Shown here one piece after another: positions 31,224-42,142 of a stretch of DNA of 64,000 nt (its first letter is position 1; every line of letters begins with the position of its first letter). The DNA is taken from contig JBKAGP010000001.1 of the NCBI GenBank assembly GCA_046290465.1, positions 5,120,001 through 5,184,000 of the forward strand. The letters run 5' to 3'. Source of the DNA: Planctomycetota bacterium (lineage in GTDB: Bacteria; Planctomycetota; UBA1135; UBA2386). The position numbers and the translations under genes were made by a program. The notes below the pieces were generated by a model, which was given only the letters and a program-made list of their open reading frames with translations, did not search any database and was not told the DNA's origin.

Positions 31224-32014
31224 GGTCGGGTCTGCTGGGCGGTTTGGCGGTTGATCTGCGAGGCTAGGTAGCCGGCGCCGAAACCGTTGTCAATGTTGAC
31301 GACGCCGATGCCGGACGCGCAGCTGTTGAGCATCGTCAACAGCGCCGACAGGCCTGCGAACGACGCACCGTAGCCGACGCTGGTCGGAACTGCGATCACG
31401 GGTTTGTCCACAAGTCCGGCCACCACGCTGGGGAGAGCGCCCTCCATGCCGGCGACCACGACGACGGCGTTGGCGCGGCGGATCTCGTCGATGCGCGCCA
31501 TCAGCCGGTGGATGCCGGCGACCCCGATGTCGGTGTAGCGGGCGACGCGATTGCCGGCGATTTCGAGGGTTACGGCGGCCTCGTCGGCGACTGGCAGGTC
31601 GGCCGTGCCGGCGCTGACGACGGCGACCTCGCCGTGCCGTTCGAGTTGCTCGGGCGTGACCGTCAGGCAGCGGGCGCGCGGGTGGTGTTCGGCCCGGGGA
31701 ATCGCGGCGCGAACGGCCTCGACGTGGGCCGGCTCGGCGCGGGTCAGCAGCACGCGGTCGGCGCGGGTCAGGATCTCCTGCGCGATCGCCGCGGTGTCGG
31801 CCGGCGTCTTGTTGGGGCAGAACACGACCTCCGGAAAACCGCAGCGCTCGCGCCGATCGTGGTCGACGGTCGCGAAGCCGAGCTCGCCGTCGGCGACACC
31901 GGGCGTCGGGGCGGCGGCGACGCGCAGCGCCGTCAGCGCCTCGTCGATCGAGCGTTCGCCGCTCTGCACGGCCTGCAGCAGGTCGCGCAGCTGTCGTTCG
32001 TGGTCGGGGTTCAT
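31220..32014 (-). CDS. larB: Nickel-pincer cofactor biosynthesis protein LarB (PurE-like)
   Basis: ATVDHDR...[46 protein letters not shown]. Confidence 0.93.
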   Translation of the reverse strand: MNPDHERQLRDLLQAVQSGERSIDEALTALRVAAAPTPGVADGELGFATVDHDRRERCGFPEVVFCPNKTPADTAAIAQEILTRADRVLLTRAEPAHVEAVRAAIPRAEHHPRARCLTVTPEQLERHGEVAVVSAGTADLPVADEAAVTLEIAGNRVARYTDIGVAGIHRLMARIDEIRRANAVVVVAGMEGALPSVVAGLVDKPVIAVPTSVGYGASFAGLSALLTMLNSCASGIGVVNIDNGFGAGYLASQINRQTAQQTRP

Positions 32015-33069
32015 CGGCGGGGGCGGCGGCGCACCCGCGCCTTGCCGTTGGTCCTGACGGTCGCGACCGCGTCGAGTTCGAGCGGCGAGGTCTCGCCCCG
32101 GCCGAAGTGGATCGCGCCGAGGCCGGCGATCATCGCGCCGTTGTCGGCGCAGAGCGACAACGGCGGCAGCACCAGCTCCAGTTCGCGCAGCCGCGCGTCC
32201 TCGGCCAGCCGTTCGCGCAGGCGCAGGTTCTTGGCGACGCCGCCGCCGATGCACAGCGAACGGACCTCGTGCCGTTCGGCGGCGCGGCGCAGCTTGGTGA
32301 CCAGCACGTCGACGATCGCCTCCTGGTAGGACGCGGCGAGGTCGCGCACCTGCTGCGCGGTCGGCGGCGCCTCGGGCTTGGGCCGACCCGGCGGCTCGAG
32401 CGTGTAGAGCAGCGCCGTCTTGAGGCCCGAGAACGAGAAGTCGAGCGACTCCTTGTCGAGCAGCGTGCGCGGAAAGCGGTGCGCCTTGCGGTCGCCGGCC
32501 ATCGCCTGCTCCTGGATCGACGGGCCACCCGGATAGGGCAGGCCGAGCAGGGCCGCGCCCTTGTCGAGCGCCTCGCCGGCGGCGTCGTCGCGGGTGGTGC
32601 CGAGACGTTCGCTGCTGCCGGGCTCGGTCAGCCGGTAGAGCGCGGTGTGGCCGCCGGACGCGACCAGGCACAGCGCGGGCAGCGGCATGTCGGGCTCGGC
32701 GAGCAGGCCGGTGTGCACGTGGGCCTGCACGTGGTCGACGCCGACCAGCGGCTTGTCGAACCGCCAGGCCAGCGCCTTGGCGGCGGCCATGCCGACCAGC
32801 AGGCAGCCGACCATGCCCGGGCGGTGGGTGACCGCGATCGCATCGAGGTCCTCGGGCGCGACGTCGGCGTCCTCGAGCGCCTGCGTGACGATCGGCAGGA
32901 TGCGCTCGGTGTGCGAACGGCTCGCCACTTCCGGCACGACGCCGCGCCAGCGCTTGTGCAGATCCACCTGCGAGTGGATCACGTTGCTGAGCACGCGATG
33001 GCCGTCCTGCACGACGGCGGCCGCGGTCTCGTCGCAGCTGGTCTCGATGCCGAGGATGTTCTGGGGCAC
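32011..33069 (-). CDS. tsaD: tRNA N6-adenosine threonylcarbamoyltransferase
   Basis: ILGIETSCDET, GVVPEVASRSH, HVQAH, SGGHT, DDAAGEA, FSFSGLKTA, DNGAMIA. Confidence 0.97.
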   Translation of the reverse strand: MPQNILGIETSCDETAAAVVQDGHRVLSNVIHSQVDLHKRWRGVVPEVASRSHTERILPIVTQALEDADVAPEDLDAIAVTHRPGMVGCLLVGMAAAKALAWRFDKPLVGVDHVQAHVHTGLLAEPDMPLPALCLVASGGHTALYRLTEPGSSERLGTTRDDAAGEALDKGAALLGLPYPGGPSIQEQAMAGDRKAHRFPRTLLDKESLDFSFSGLKTALLYTLEPPGRPKPEAPPTAQQVRDLAASYQEAIVDVLVTKLRRAAERHEVRSLCIGGGVAKNLRLRERLAEDARLRELELVLPPLSLCADNGAMIAGLGAIHFGRGETSPLELDAVATVRTNGKARVRRRPRR

Positions 33070-33174
33070 GGCCCCAGCATGGCGGCGCGACGCGCGCCGT
33101 GCCACCGTCGGCCCGGCCGCGTCGACGCCGACGCGGTCGAACGGGCGGCAGCGACGGGGCTCCGCCGCGAACGA

Positions 33175-34500
33175 TCAGTCGAGCTGCTTGCGCAGCGCCT
33201 CGAGCGCGGCCTGCAGCTGCGGGTCCTGGTCCGGCTTCAGCGGTGCTGCGACCGCCAGGTCGTGACGCTCGGCGACCGCCTGGAAACCCTCGCGGTAGGC
33301 GTCGGGCACCTCGGTCGCATGCAGGGCCGCATACAGGCGCACGTTGTCCTCGTGCGACACCGCGACCTCGACGTCCGGCAGGATGCCGCCCTTCTCCTTG
33401 TCGGCCGGGTTGCCGTCGGTCGCGTGGTTGCGCTCGATGTTGCGGCCGTTGGGCGTGCGGTAGCTGCCGGTCGTCAGCTTGAGCTTGAAGTCGTGGTCGG
33501 TCCACGAATAGACGGTGTTGACGTAGCCCTTGCCGTGCGTGCGCACGCCTACGACGACCGCGCGGCGATGGTCCTGCAGCGCCCCGGACAGCACCTCGCT
33601 GGCGCTCGCCGACTGCTCGTTGACGAGCAGCACCAGCGGCAGGTCCGGCCACTTGACCTCTTTGGGGCGCGCCTCGTAGACCTCGTCCTTGCCCTTGCGC
33701 CGGTGCTGCGTCGCGATCACGCCCTCGCGCAGGAAGCCGCGCGCGATCGCGAGGCACTGGTCGAGGCTGCCGCCGCCGTCGAAGCGCAGGTCGACGATCA
33801 GGCCGCGCAGCTCGCGCTGCTTCTCGAGCGCGCGAACGGCGTCGAACAGCTGCTTGCCGGCGGTCGGGTGGAAATCGGACAGGTAGAGGTAGCCGAGCCC
33901 CTGCGCCTCGTCGACGAAGTGCGTCCACTTGACGCACGGCCGCTGCACGTCGCCGCGTTCGACCTCGACCTGCAGCTGCCGTTCGCCGCGCCGCACGGTC
34001 AGCGCCACGGTCGTGCCGGCCTCGCCGCGCACCAGCTGGTGCACGTTCTGCCGCGATTCGGCGTCGTCGAGCGCCTTGCCGTCGACGGCGACGATCACGT
34101 CGCCGGGCAGCAGCCCGGCCTGCTCGGCGGGGCTGCCGTCGAACGGGAAGTGCAGCACGACCTGGTCCTCGAGCGCGGTCATCACGGCGCCGATGCCCTG
34201 GTAGTGGCCACTGCTGCTCTCGTCGTAGGCGGCGACCTTTTGCGGCGGGATGTAGCGGCTGTAGTCGTCGAGGCCGTCGACCATCCCGGCGATCGCGCGT
34301 TCGAGCAGTTCGTGTTCGTCCTGCTGCTCGATGTACGACTGCAGCACCTCGTGGTAGACGAGCTCCAGCGCCGACCGCTGGGGATCGGGCAGGTGCACGG
34401 AGCGGGAGCTGCCCAGGTAGGTGCCGATGGCGAACGCGGCGAGGATCAGCGCCCAGTTGACCACCAGGAACCACAGTGGCAGGCGCGGTTGCTGTGACAT
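33175..34500 (-). CDS. S41 family C-terminal processing peptidase (CtpA/Prc-like)
   Basis: PDZ domain; DLRFDGGG, SASASEVLSGALQD, GVRTHGKG; N-terminal TM. Confidence 0.93.
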   Translation of the reverse strand: MSQQPRLPLWFLVVNWALILAAFAIGTYLGSSRSVHLPDPQRSALELVYHEVLQSYIEQQDEHELLERAIAGMVDGLDDYSRYIPPQKVAAYDESSSGHYQGIGAVMTALEDQVVLHFPFDGSPAEQAGLLPGDVIVAVDGKALDDAESRQNVHQLVRGEAGTTVALTVRRGERQLQVEVERGDVQRPCVKWTHFVDEAQGLGYLYLSDFHPTAGKQLFDAVRALEKQRELRGLIVDLRFDGGGSLDQCLAIARGFLREGVIATQHRRKGKDEVYEARPKEVKWPDLPLVLLVNEQSASASEVLSGALQDHRRAVVVGVRTHGKGYVNTVYSWTDHDFKLKLTTGSYRTPNGRNIERNHATDGNPADKEKGGILPDVEVAVSHEDNVRLYAALHATEVPDAYREGFQAVAERHDLAVAAPLKPDQDPQLQAALEALRKQLD

Positions 34501-34506
34501 GCGGAC

Positions 34507-34516
34507 AGCGTATGGT
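34507..34516. promoter_or_regulatory. Overlapping divergent -10 elements (TACGCT on -, TATGGT on +)
   Basis: AGCGTATGGT lies in the 24-bp gap between divergent start codons, 6 and 8 nt from the ATGs. Confidence 0.6.
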
Positions 34517-34524
34517 GAAGGGCG

Positions 34525-36384
<1,860 letters not shown>

Positions 36385-36435
36385 GGATCGGGCGCGCTCG
36401 TTCGGGTCCCTTGGACGGGTTCGGAAGACCGTGGA

Positions 36436-37257
36436 TCAGAACGTCACCAGCGCCCCGAACTGGAAGCCGTCGACGACGAGATCGGTGTCGTAGCGGAAGC
36501 CGTTGGCGATGCCGCTCGCCGAGAACTCGCTGTAGCGCACGCCGGCGAACAGCTGGATGTCGCGCTGCGGCAGCTGGTAACTGAAGCGGGCCTCGAAGTC
36601 CTGCGACAGGTCCTCCATGTCGCCGCCGATCACGAACGACTCCGGCGCGATCGCGTAGTCGAGGTCGAGCGAGAAGTCCATCCAGGTGGCGCGCGCGCGC
36701 ACCGCGATGTAGACGATGTCGCCGTCGAGCTTGAGGTTCTGCGTGCGCGTGTTGGTGCTCTCACGACCGCGCATGTCCATCTCACGGGTCGCGAACACGC
36801 CGCCGGCGCCGAACTGCAGCCGCAGGTCCTCGTCGCGGTACTTGGTGCGGATGTCGGCGAACGGCTCGACGTAGCCGACCCGCAGTTCGTCCATCTCGGC
36901 GTAGATGCTCGCGAAGTCGCCGGCCAGCAGCCGGCCCCAGTCCGCCTGCAGCTCGTTGCTGCGCGACGTGTTCATGTCGAGCTTGTAGTACTCGCCGCGC
37001 AGGCCGCCGAAGCCGTCGCCGATGTCGACGCGCACGCCGACGTCCTCGCGAAAGCGGTCCTGTCCGAACCGCCGCAGCGGCTGTCGCGGGTTGTTGACGA
37101 TGTCGCTCGGCAGGGTGCCCTGCGACTGCATCTTGGTGTCGCCGCGCAGCTGGTAGAGCGCGAGGTACGGAGAGACGTGGATGACCGGTTCGGTCAGCAC
37201 CGTCGAGGTGCATCCCGTGAACGCCGCCGCCGCCAGGAGCACGACCAGTTGCCGCAT
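36436..37257 (-). CDS. Putative outer-membrane beta-barrel protein with lipobox
   Basis: Lipobox AFTGC; alternating beta strands; terminal Phe (GFQFGALVTF). Confidence 0.7.
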   Translation of the reverse strand: MRQLVVLLAAAAFTGCTSTVLTEPVIHVSPYLALYQLRGDTKMQSQGTLPSDIVNNPRQPLRRFGQDRFREDVGVRVDIGDGFGGLRGEYYKLDMNTSRSNELQADWGRLLAGDFASIYAEMDELRVGYVEPFADIRTKYRDEDLRLQFGAGGVFATREMDMRGRESTNTRTQNLKLDGDIVYIAVRARATWMDFSLDLDYAIAPESFVIGGDMEDLSQDFEARFSYQLPQRDIQLFAGVRYSEFSASGIANGFRYDTDLVVDGFQFGALVTF

Positions 37258-37334
37258 GCGGGGAGCGTAGGAGGCCGCGCAGCCGTGCGCCAGACCGCTG
37301 GCTTCGTGCGGCACGTTTCCTACGCTGGTGCGCG

Positions 37335-38039
37335 ATGACCGAAGCCTTCCTCGAACGCGACTTCAAGGCCTACGAGCGCCACCGCCAGGACGACCCCGAG
37401 TACAACGCGCTGCGCCTGAGCGTGCGCCGCAAGCTCAAGGCGATGGCGGACAAGGTCAAGAAGGAGGCCAAGGCGCTCGGCACCGACATGGGGGCGCAGG
37501 CCGGTCTGCACCATCCCTACACGTTCAACAGCTATCGGGTGCGCGAGCAGCGCGCTTACCTGTGCCGCGGTGCCAAGGAGCGCAAGAAGCTCGCGACGTT
37601 CTTCGGCGAGGCGCTCGGCAAGGACGCGGAGACGCACTACATCCAGACCGTGCTCGAGGTGTGTCTCGACGACGAGATCGTCGAGGCCGCGCTGCGCATC
37701 CACCCGCAGGCGTGGTGGGACGGCGAGAACCTCAAGAAGAAGCTGCTCAACGACCCGGAGGCGCTCGACGAGTTCTGCCAGAAGCTGAAGGCGTTGCCCG
37801 GTGGCTTCAACCTCAAGCTGCACGACTGGCGCGCGGACCACTGGTGCGCGTCGATCACGCCGGGTCACGTCAAGGAGCTGATGCAGCACTACACGCCGGG
37901 CGAGCACTGGCTGCACGTGCAGCGGCAGTTGCCGAAGGAGGACGCGCTCGAGATGGGCGAGGAGGCGGAGACGTGGGTCAGCAGCTCGCTGCTGTCGCTG
38001 CTGCCCGTCTACCACATGATCCTCTGGGACCCGAGCTAG
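37335..38039 (+). CDS. Conserved hypothetical protein (possibly DUF1054/YktB-like)
   Basis: Host-like codon usage; N-terminal F..RDF motif; family assignment tentative. Confidence 0.7.
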   Translation: MTEAFLERDFKAYERHRQDDPEYNALRLSVRRKLKAMADKVKKEAKALGTDMGAQAGLHHPYTFNSYRVREQRAYLCRGAKERKKLATFFGEALGKDAETHYIQTVLEVCLDDEIVEAALRIHPQAWWDGENLKKKLLNDPEALDEFCQKLKALPGGFNLKLHDWRADHWCASITPGHVKELMQHYTPGEHWLHVQRQLPKEDALEMGEEAETWVSSSLLSLLPVYHMILWDPS

Positions 38040-38053
38040 GGGACCCGAGCTAG
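38026..38053. repeat. Exact 14-bp tandem duplication of the gene 3' end
   Basis: GGGACCCGAGCTAG x2, including the stop codon. Confidence 0.9.
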
Positions 38054-38113
38054 TGTAGTGCGTCCGATATCAGGGGCATTCTGCGGGCCCGAGGACGCCC
38101 GTGGGTGCGGCCG

Positions 38114-38146
38114 AAACGAAACGAGGCAGCCCCGGTGGCTGCCTCG
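38114..38146 (-). terminator. Intrinsic terminator
   Basis: 10-bp stem CGAGGCAGCC/GGCTGCCTCG with 5-nt loop, followed on - by TTTCGTTT. Confidence 0.75.
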
Positions 38147-38188
38147 CGCGTCTTGGACGTTCGGTCCGGATCGTCGTGGGCCCACCCG

Positions 38189-38248
38189 CTACGAGCGGGC
38201 GGGATAGCGGCCCTGGTGCGGGCACACGGCGGATCGGACGGTCGTCAT
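38189..38248 (-). CDS. Putative 19-aa small ORF / leader peptide MTTVRSAVCPHQGRYPARS
   Basis: ATG 6 nt after TTGACA-N17-TACCAA; followed by hairpins and a terminator. Confidence 0.35.
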   Translation of the reverse strand: MTTVRSAVCPHQGRYPARS

Positions 38249-38254
38249 GCAGAC

Positions 38255-38283
38255 TTGGTAGGCGCGATCGGGCCGGCTGTCAA
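38255..38283 (-). promoter_or_regulatory. Sigma70-type promoter
   Basis: Perfect TTGACA (38283-38278), 17-bp spacer, TACCAA (38260-38255). Confidence 0.55.
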
Positions 38284-38307
38284 TCGGCCCGGGCGCGGTC
38301 GGCGGCG

Positions 38308-39606
38308 CTACTTGCTCGGGTAGGTCTCCTTGACCCAGTCCGCCCAGCGCTCGTCGAAGTTCAGGAACGACAGCCCGTAGGCCTTCTTCAGGCCGTCGCG
38401 GGTGGCGCCGACCAGGTCGGTCTGGTCCGCCTGCCAGCTGGCGTTGACGCGGCCCTTCACCGTCATCAGGAACTCCTGCCACTTCTTCGGCCCCTTCGAC
38501 ATCAGGAAGTCGATGCGCGAGAAGATCATCACGTGGTCGTTGAACTTGATCTCGCCGAAGTCCCGCCACGCCGCGACCGTCGGGAACGGTTCGTACTTCT
38601 TGGTGTTGTGGAGCAGGTTCTTCGCGAACGGCTTCCACTTGGAGATCTTGCGCATGTCGGCGACCGAGCCCTCGTTCTGGTCGAAGCTCGACCAGCGGCC
38701 GTCGATGCGGCGTGAGTTCCAGTGGCCGAAGCCCTCCTTGATCCAGACCGGGATGTCGTAGGCGTAGTAGCGGAAGCCGTCGAGCAGGTTCTGGCTGACG
38801 TTGAACGCGAGCGCGCAGTGCAGCGCGGTGTCGTGCTTGAGCGGGAAGTCGTTGGACTCGGTCGGGCACGCGAACAGCAGGCAGCTGGCCTCGGTGAAGT
38901 GCCAGCGCTGCGGGAACTTCGAATTGCGGCCGACCCACGCGCTCAGGTACTGCCGGTAGGTCGCCTCCTTCTCGAAGACCAGCACCAGGTACTTGCCGCG
39001 CATGCCCAGGTACGGGCCGTAGCCCATGTAGGTCTTCTTCGGGTCGACGACGACCTTGCTCGGATCCTGCGGGAAGCTCTCGTCGGTGACGCCGAACAGC
39101 TCCATCGTCTCGGAGTAGAGCTTCTCCATCCGATACGCGGTCAGGTGCGCGCGAAGCCACGGGTCGAGCCGCCGCGTCTTCGGGTTGATCTTCGGCATCA
39201 CCTTCTTCAGCTCGGTGAGCTCGGCGCGGATCTTCTTCTTGGTGGCCGCTTCGGTCGGCACCTGCCACTGCGGCAGCTCGATGCCGAACCGGAAGTGCTT
39301 CGTCTCCATCCAGATGATGTTGACGTACTCGAGCTTCTGAGCGATGTCCTGCGATTGCACCGGGTCGGCCGCCAGGCTGCCGAACTCGAACGGCCCGTAG
39401 TTCAGGTAGCCGGCCTTCGCCATCGCCTTCGGGTCGTTCTTGGTGTAGGGGTCGATCTTCCACTTGTCCTTGCGGCTCTGCGCCGGCAGCGCGGCGGCGC
39501 CGGCGACCAGGACCGCCAGCAGCAGTCGCGGCAGCAATCGCGGCAGCACTTGCAGGCTGGGCTTCGGCACGAGGGCGGACGAACGGGTCGATGGGGTGTG
39601 GTTCAC
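38308..39606 (-). CDS. Secreted hypothetical protein, gluzincin/peptidase-MA-like fold with degenerate metal motif
   Basis: Signal peptide ...LPAQ; IPVWIKEGFGHW motif but no HExxH upstream. Confidence 0.7.
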   Translation of the reverse strand: MNHTPSTRSSALVPKPSLQVLPRLLPRLLLAVLVAGAAALPAQSRKDKWKIDPYTKNDPKAMAKAGYLNYGPFEFGSLAADPVQSQDIAQKLEYVNIIWMETKHFRFGIELPQWQVPTEAATKKKIRAELTELKKVMPKINPKTRRLDPWLRAHLTAYRMEKLYSETMELFGVTDESFPQDPSKVVVDPKKTYMGYGPYLGMRGKYLVLVFEKEATYRQYLSAWVGRNSKFPQRWHFTEASCLLFACPTESNDFPLKHDTALHCALAFNVSQNLLDGFRYYAYDIPVWIKEGFGHWNSRRIDGRWSSFDQNEGSVADMRKISKWKPFAKNLLHNTKKYEPFPTVAAWRDFGEIKFNDHVMIFSRIDFLMSKGPKKWQEFLMTVKGRVNASWQADQTDLVGATRDGLKKAYGLSFLNFDERWADWVKETYPSK

Positions 39607-39617
39607 GGCGGTGGTTC

Positions 39618-40553
39618 CTACAGCTTGTCGAGCCATTGCTTGGCGAGGTTGATGGCCTGGAAGCTCGACAGCTTCTCGAGCGGCTTCTCGCCGTGCAGCA
39701 CGCGGGCGGTGTTGATCGCCTCGCGTTTGACCGCGAAGTCCGGGGACTCGAGGTAGCTGCGCAGCAGCATCTTCTGCTCCTTGACCATCAGGTGGCGCAG
39801 CAGCCGCAGGCCGGCCATCTGGTCGGTCGGCCGGGCCTGGCCGATGCGCTCCCAGACCTTCATCGCGGTCTTCGCCGAGCGCGCGGGCGCCAGCGTCGCG
39901 GCGAGCAGGTCTTTGTGCTCGGCCCAGCGGCGCTTGGCGACGCCGATCACGGTGTCGAGGCCGTCGGGCTCGCCGAGCGCGAGCATGCCCAGCGCGGCGT
40001 AGAACGCGATGTCCTGGTCCTTGTCCTTCAGCGTCGCCTTCAGCACGGGCTTCAGGTCGCCGTCGTGCATGCCGGCGAGGCGGCGCATCAGCCAGCGGCG
40101 CCACTCGACGCTCTTGCGCTGGGTCTCTCGCGCCAGCAGTGCTGTGTGGCGGCGGTCGGTGACCTGCTCGAGCACCGCGAACACCGACTCGTTGGCGTTG
40201 TCGGCCTTGTCGTTGACCAGCGGGATCAGCACCGGCGCCGCGCCGGCGCCGATCTTGACGAGCTTCTTTACGGCGGCCTCGCGCAGCTTCTCCTGCTTCT
40301 TGCGGAACTGCTTGGCGATCGCGCGCACGCGGTCGTTCTCGGCCTTCTTGAGGTCGGGCCACTCGGACAGCTTCTCGACCTTCTGCTGGCCGGGATCCTG
40401 CTTCTGGCCGGCATCACGCTGGCACGTGGCCGGGGCGCCGAGGGCCAGCGACAGGGTCGCCAGCAGCGCGAGTTTCAGCAGCGCGAGTTTCAGCAGGGAG
40501 AGTTTCGGGAGCGAGAGGTTCCGGAGCGAAGGGGTCACGGCGGTGCGGTTCAC
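39618..40553 (-). CDS. Secreted HEAT-repeat protein
   Basis: LREAAVKKLVKIG...LIPL repeats; GTGA overlap with the upstream gene; 15-bp tandem repeats in the signal region. Confidence 0.75.
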   Translation of the reverse strand: MNRTAVTPSLRNLSLPKLSLLKLALLKLALLATLSLALGAPATCQRDAGQKQDPGQQKVEKLSEWPDLKKAENDRVRAIAKQFRKKQEKLREAAVKKLVKIGAGAAPVLIPLVNDKADNANESVFAVLEQVTDRRHTALLARETQRKSVEWRRWLMRRLAGMHDGDLKPVLKATLKDKDQDIAFYAALGMLALGEPDGLDTVIGVAKRRWAEHKDLLAATLAPARSAKTAMKVWERIGQARPTDQMAGLRLLRHLMVKEQKMLLRSYLESPDFAVKREAINTARVLHGEKPLEKLSSFQAINLAKQWLDKL

Positions 40554-41236
40554 GGGTTCTCGGGTTGCGGGGGCTGGATCCAGTCGGGCATGTCGTCGCG
40601 GTAGTCGGGGTGCAGGAAGGTGACCTTCTTGCCGATCTCCTTGCGCTTCTGCCGCCAGTACTGCTGCCACTCGACGGCGCTGTGCGTGATGAAGCCGACC
40701 TGCAGCGCGTCGACGTAGTCCGCCATCACCAGCTGCGACTCGTAGCGTTCGAAGGCGCTGACGACGAAGAAGCCGTGCGGCAGCTCGATCGGCTCGCTGA
40801 CGGCGTTGAGGGTCAGTTCGTCGAACAAGAACATCGCGACCGGCAGCAGCGCCGACTGGCGCGTCAGGTTGCTGCGCGACTTGTGTTCGATCAGCTTGGA
40901 GCGTTCTTCGAGTTCCTTGATGTTGGTCGCGACCGAGCGCAGGCCCTCGGCCAGCGACTTCTGTTCGGCGCGTTGCTCGGGGAACTCACGCTGCGCCAGC
41001 TTCAGCTGCAGCACGTGCTCGCGCATCGCCCACACGTACTTGGTGCGCACGCCGAGCTCGGGGCGGTACGACGCCAGCCATTCGTAGTACGGCTGCAGCT
41101 CGTCGAACGTGATGGTGATGCCGTCGATCTCGATCAGGCGCGGGTCCTGGCGCGGATCGGGCCGCTGGTCGCAGGCCGCCAGCAGCAGCGTCGCGGCGAT
41201 CGCGGTCGAGGAGAGGATGGAGGGGCGTGCGTTCAC
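40550..41236 (-). CDS. Lipoprotein with degenerate parvulin/PrsA-like features
   Basis: Lipobox LLAAC; IDGITIT and VSEPIELPHGFFVV resemble foldase motifs. Confidence 0.7.
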   Translation of the reverse strand: MNARPSILSSTAIAATLLLAACDQRPDPRQDPRLIEIDGITITFDELQPYYEWLASYRPELGVRTKYVWAMREHVLQLKLAQREFPEQRAEQKSLAEGLRSVATNIKELEERSKLIEHKSRSNLTRQSALLPVAMFLFDELTLNAVSEPIELPHGFFVVSAFERYESQLVMADYVDALQVGFITHSAVEWQQYWRQKRKEIGKKVTFLHPDYRDDMPDWIQPPQPENP

Positions 41237-41916
41237 GGGGTGTCCAGCTTCGAGAGGAACGAACAGACCGGGCCGGTCACGTGCTGATATGTCGCTGCCA
41301 GCTGGTCGGCAACGCGCGGCATGTCGGCGACCGCCAGCGGCGTCGGGTAGCTGCTGGTGTTCTCGATCCAGATCGAGCGCTGGTCCTGCGGCCAGGTCTC
41401 GATGCGGACCTGGAAGGTCTCCTGCTGCGCGTCGTGCGGCGGGAACACGTAGCGCACCCCGAGCGATGCCATCGGCCGTCCGAACGCGTTGCCGCCGTCG
41501 GCGACCGAAGGCATCAGCCGCCGCGACAGGAACTCGCGGCCGTCCTGGAAGTGCCGCGGCGCGACCAGCGAGCGCACCACGAACTGCTGCATCACCGTCT
41601 GCGGGATGTTCAGCGTCTGCAGCGCGGTGGTGGCGACATTGACGGCGCGGGTCGCGAAGTCCTCGACGGTGGTGCCCCGCATCTCCTCGCGCAGCACGAG
41701 CCGGTCGAACCGGAAGCTCGCCATCGAGACCTGGCCGGGTGTCTGCGGCAGGTTGCTCAGGTGGATGCCGTCCGGCGCAACCTGGAAGTTCTGGTAGCCG
41801 AGTTGGGGCTGACGGTACAGCGTGTTGTGGACGTTCTGGACGAGGTCCGCCCGCAGCTGCTGCGGCGGGTAGAGGATCTCGGCCGCGAAGGCGATCGTGC
41901 GGGGGTCGTAGCTCAT
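41233..41916 (-). CDS. Conserved hypothetical cytoplasmic protein (TIGR04255-like, tentative)
   Basis: Clean ORF, first gene of an overlapping four-gene operon. Confidence 0.7.
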   Translation of the reverse strand: MSYDPRTIAFAAEILYPPQQLRADLVQNVHNTLYRQPQLGYQNFQVAPDGIHLSNLPQTPGQVSMASFRFDRLVLREEMRGTTVEDFATRAVNVATTALQTLNIPQTVMQQFVVRSLVAPRHFQDGREFLSRRLMPSVADGGNAFGRPMASLGVRYVFPPHDAQQETFQVRIETWPQDQRSIWIENTSSYPTPLAVADMPRVADQLAATYQHVTGPVCSFLSKLDTP

Positions 41917-42142
41917 TGCCCGCGGCCCATGCTAAGGGCCGTGTCCGGCCACACTAGTGCCGCCCGGGGATTCGCGTCTCCGATCGGGCCGGCTCGATGC
42001 GAGCAGCTGCGGCAAAACGGGAGGGATCGGTTCGGTGCTGCGTCTGCTCGACCCGATAGGGCGACAATTGGCCGCCCTGGCTGGCCTTGCCGGTAGCAGT
42101 GGCTAAGCTGCTCGCCCCATTTCCCTCGATCCCGATCCCAAG

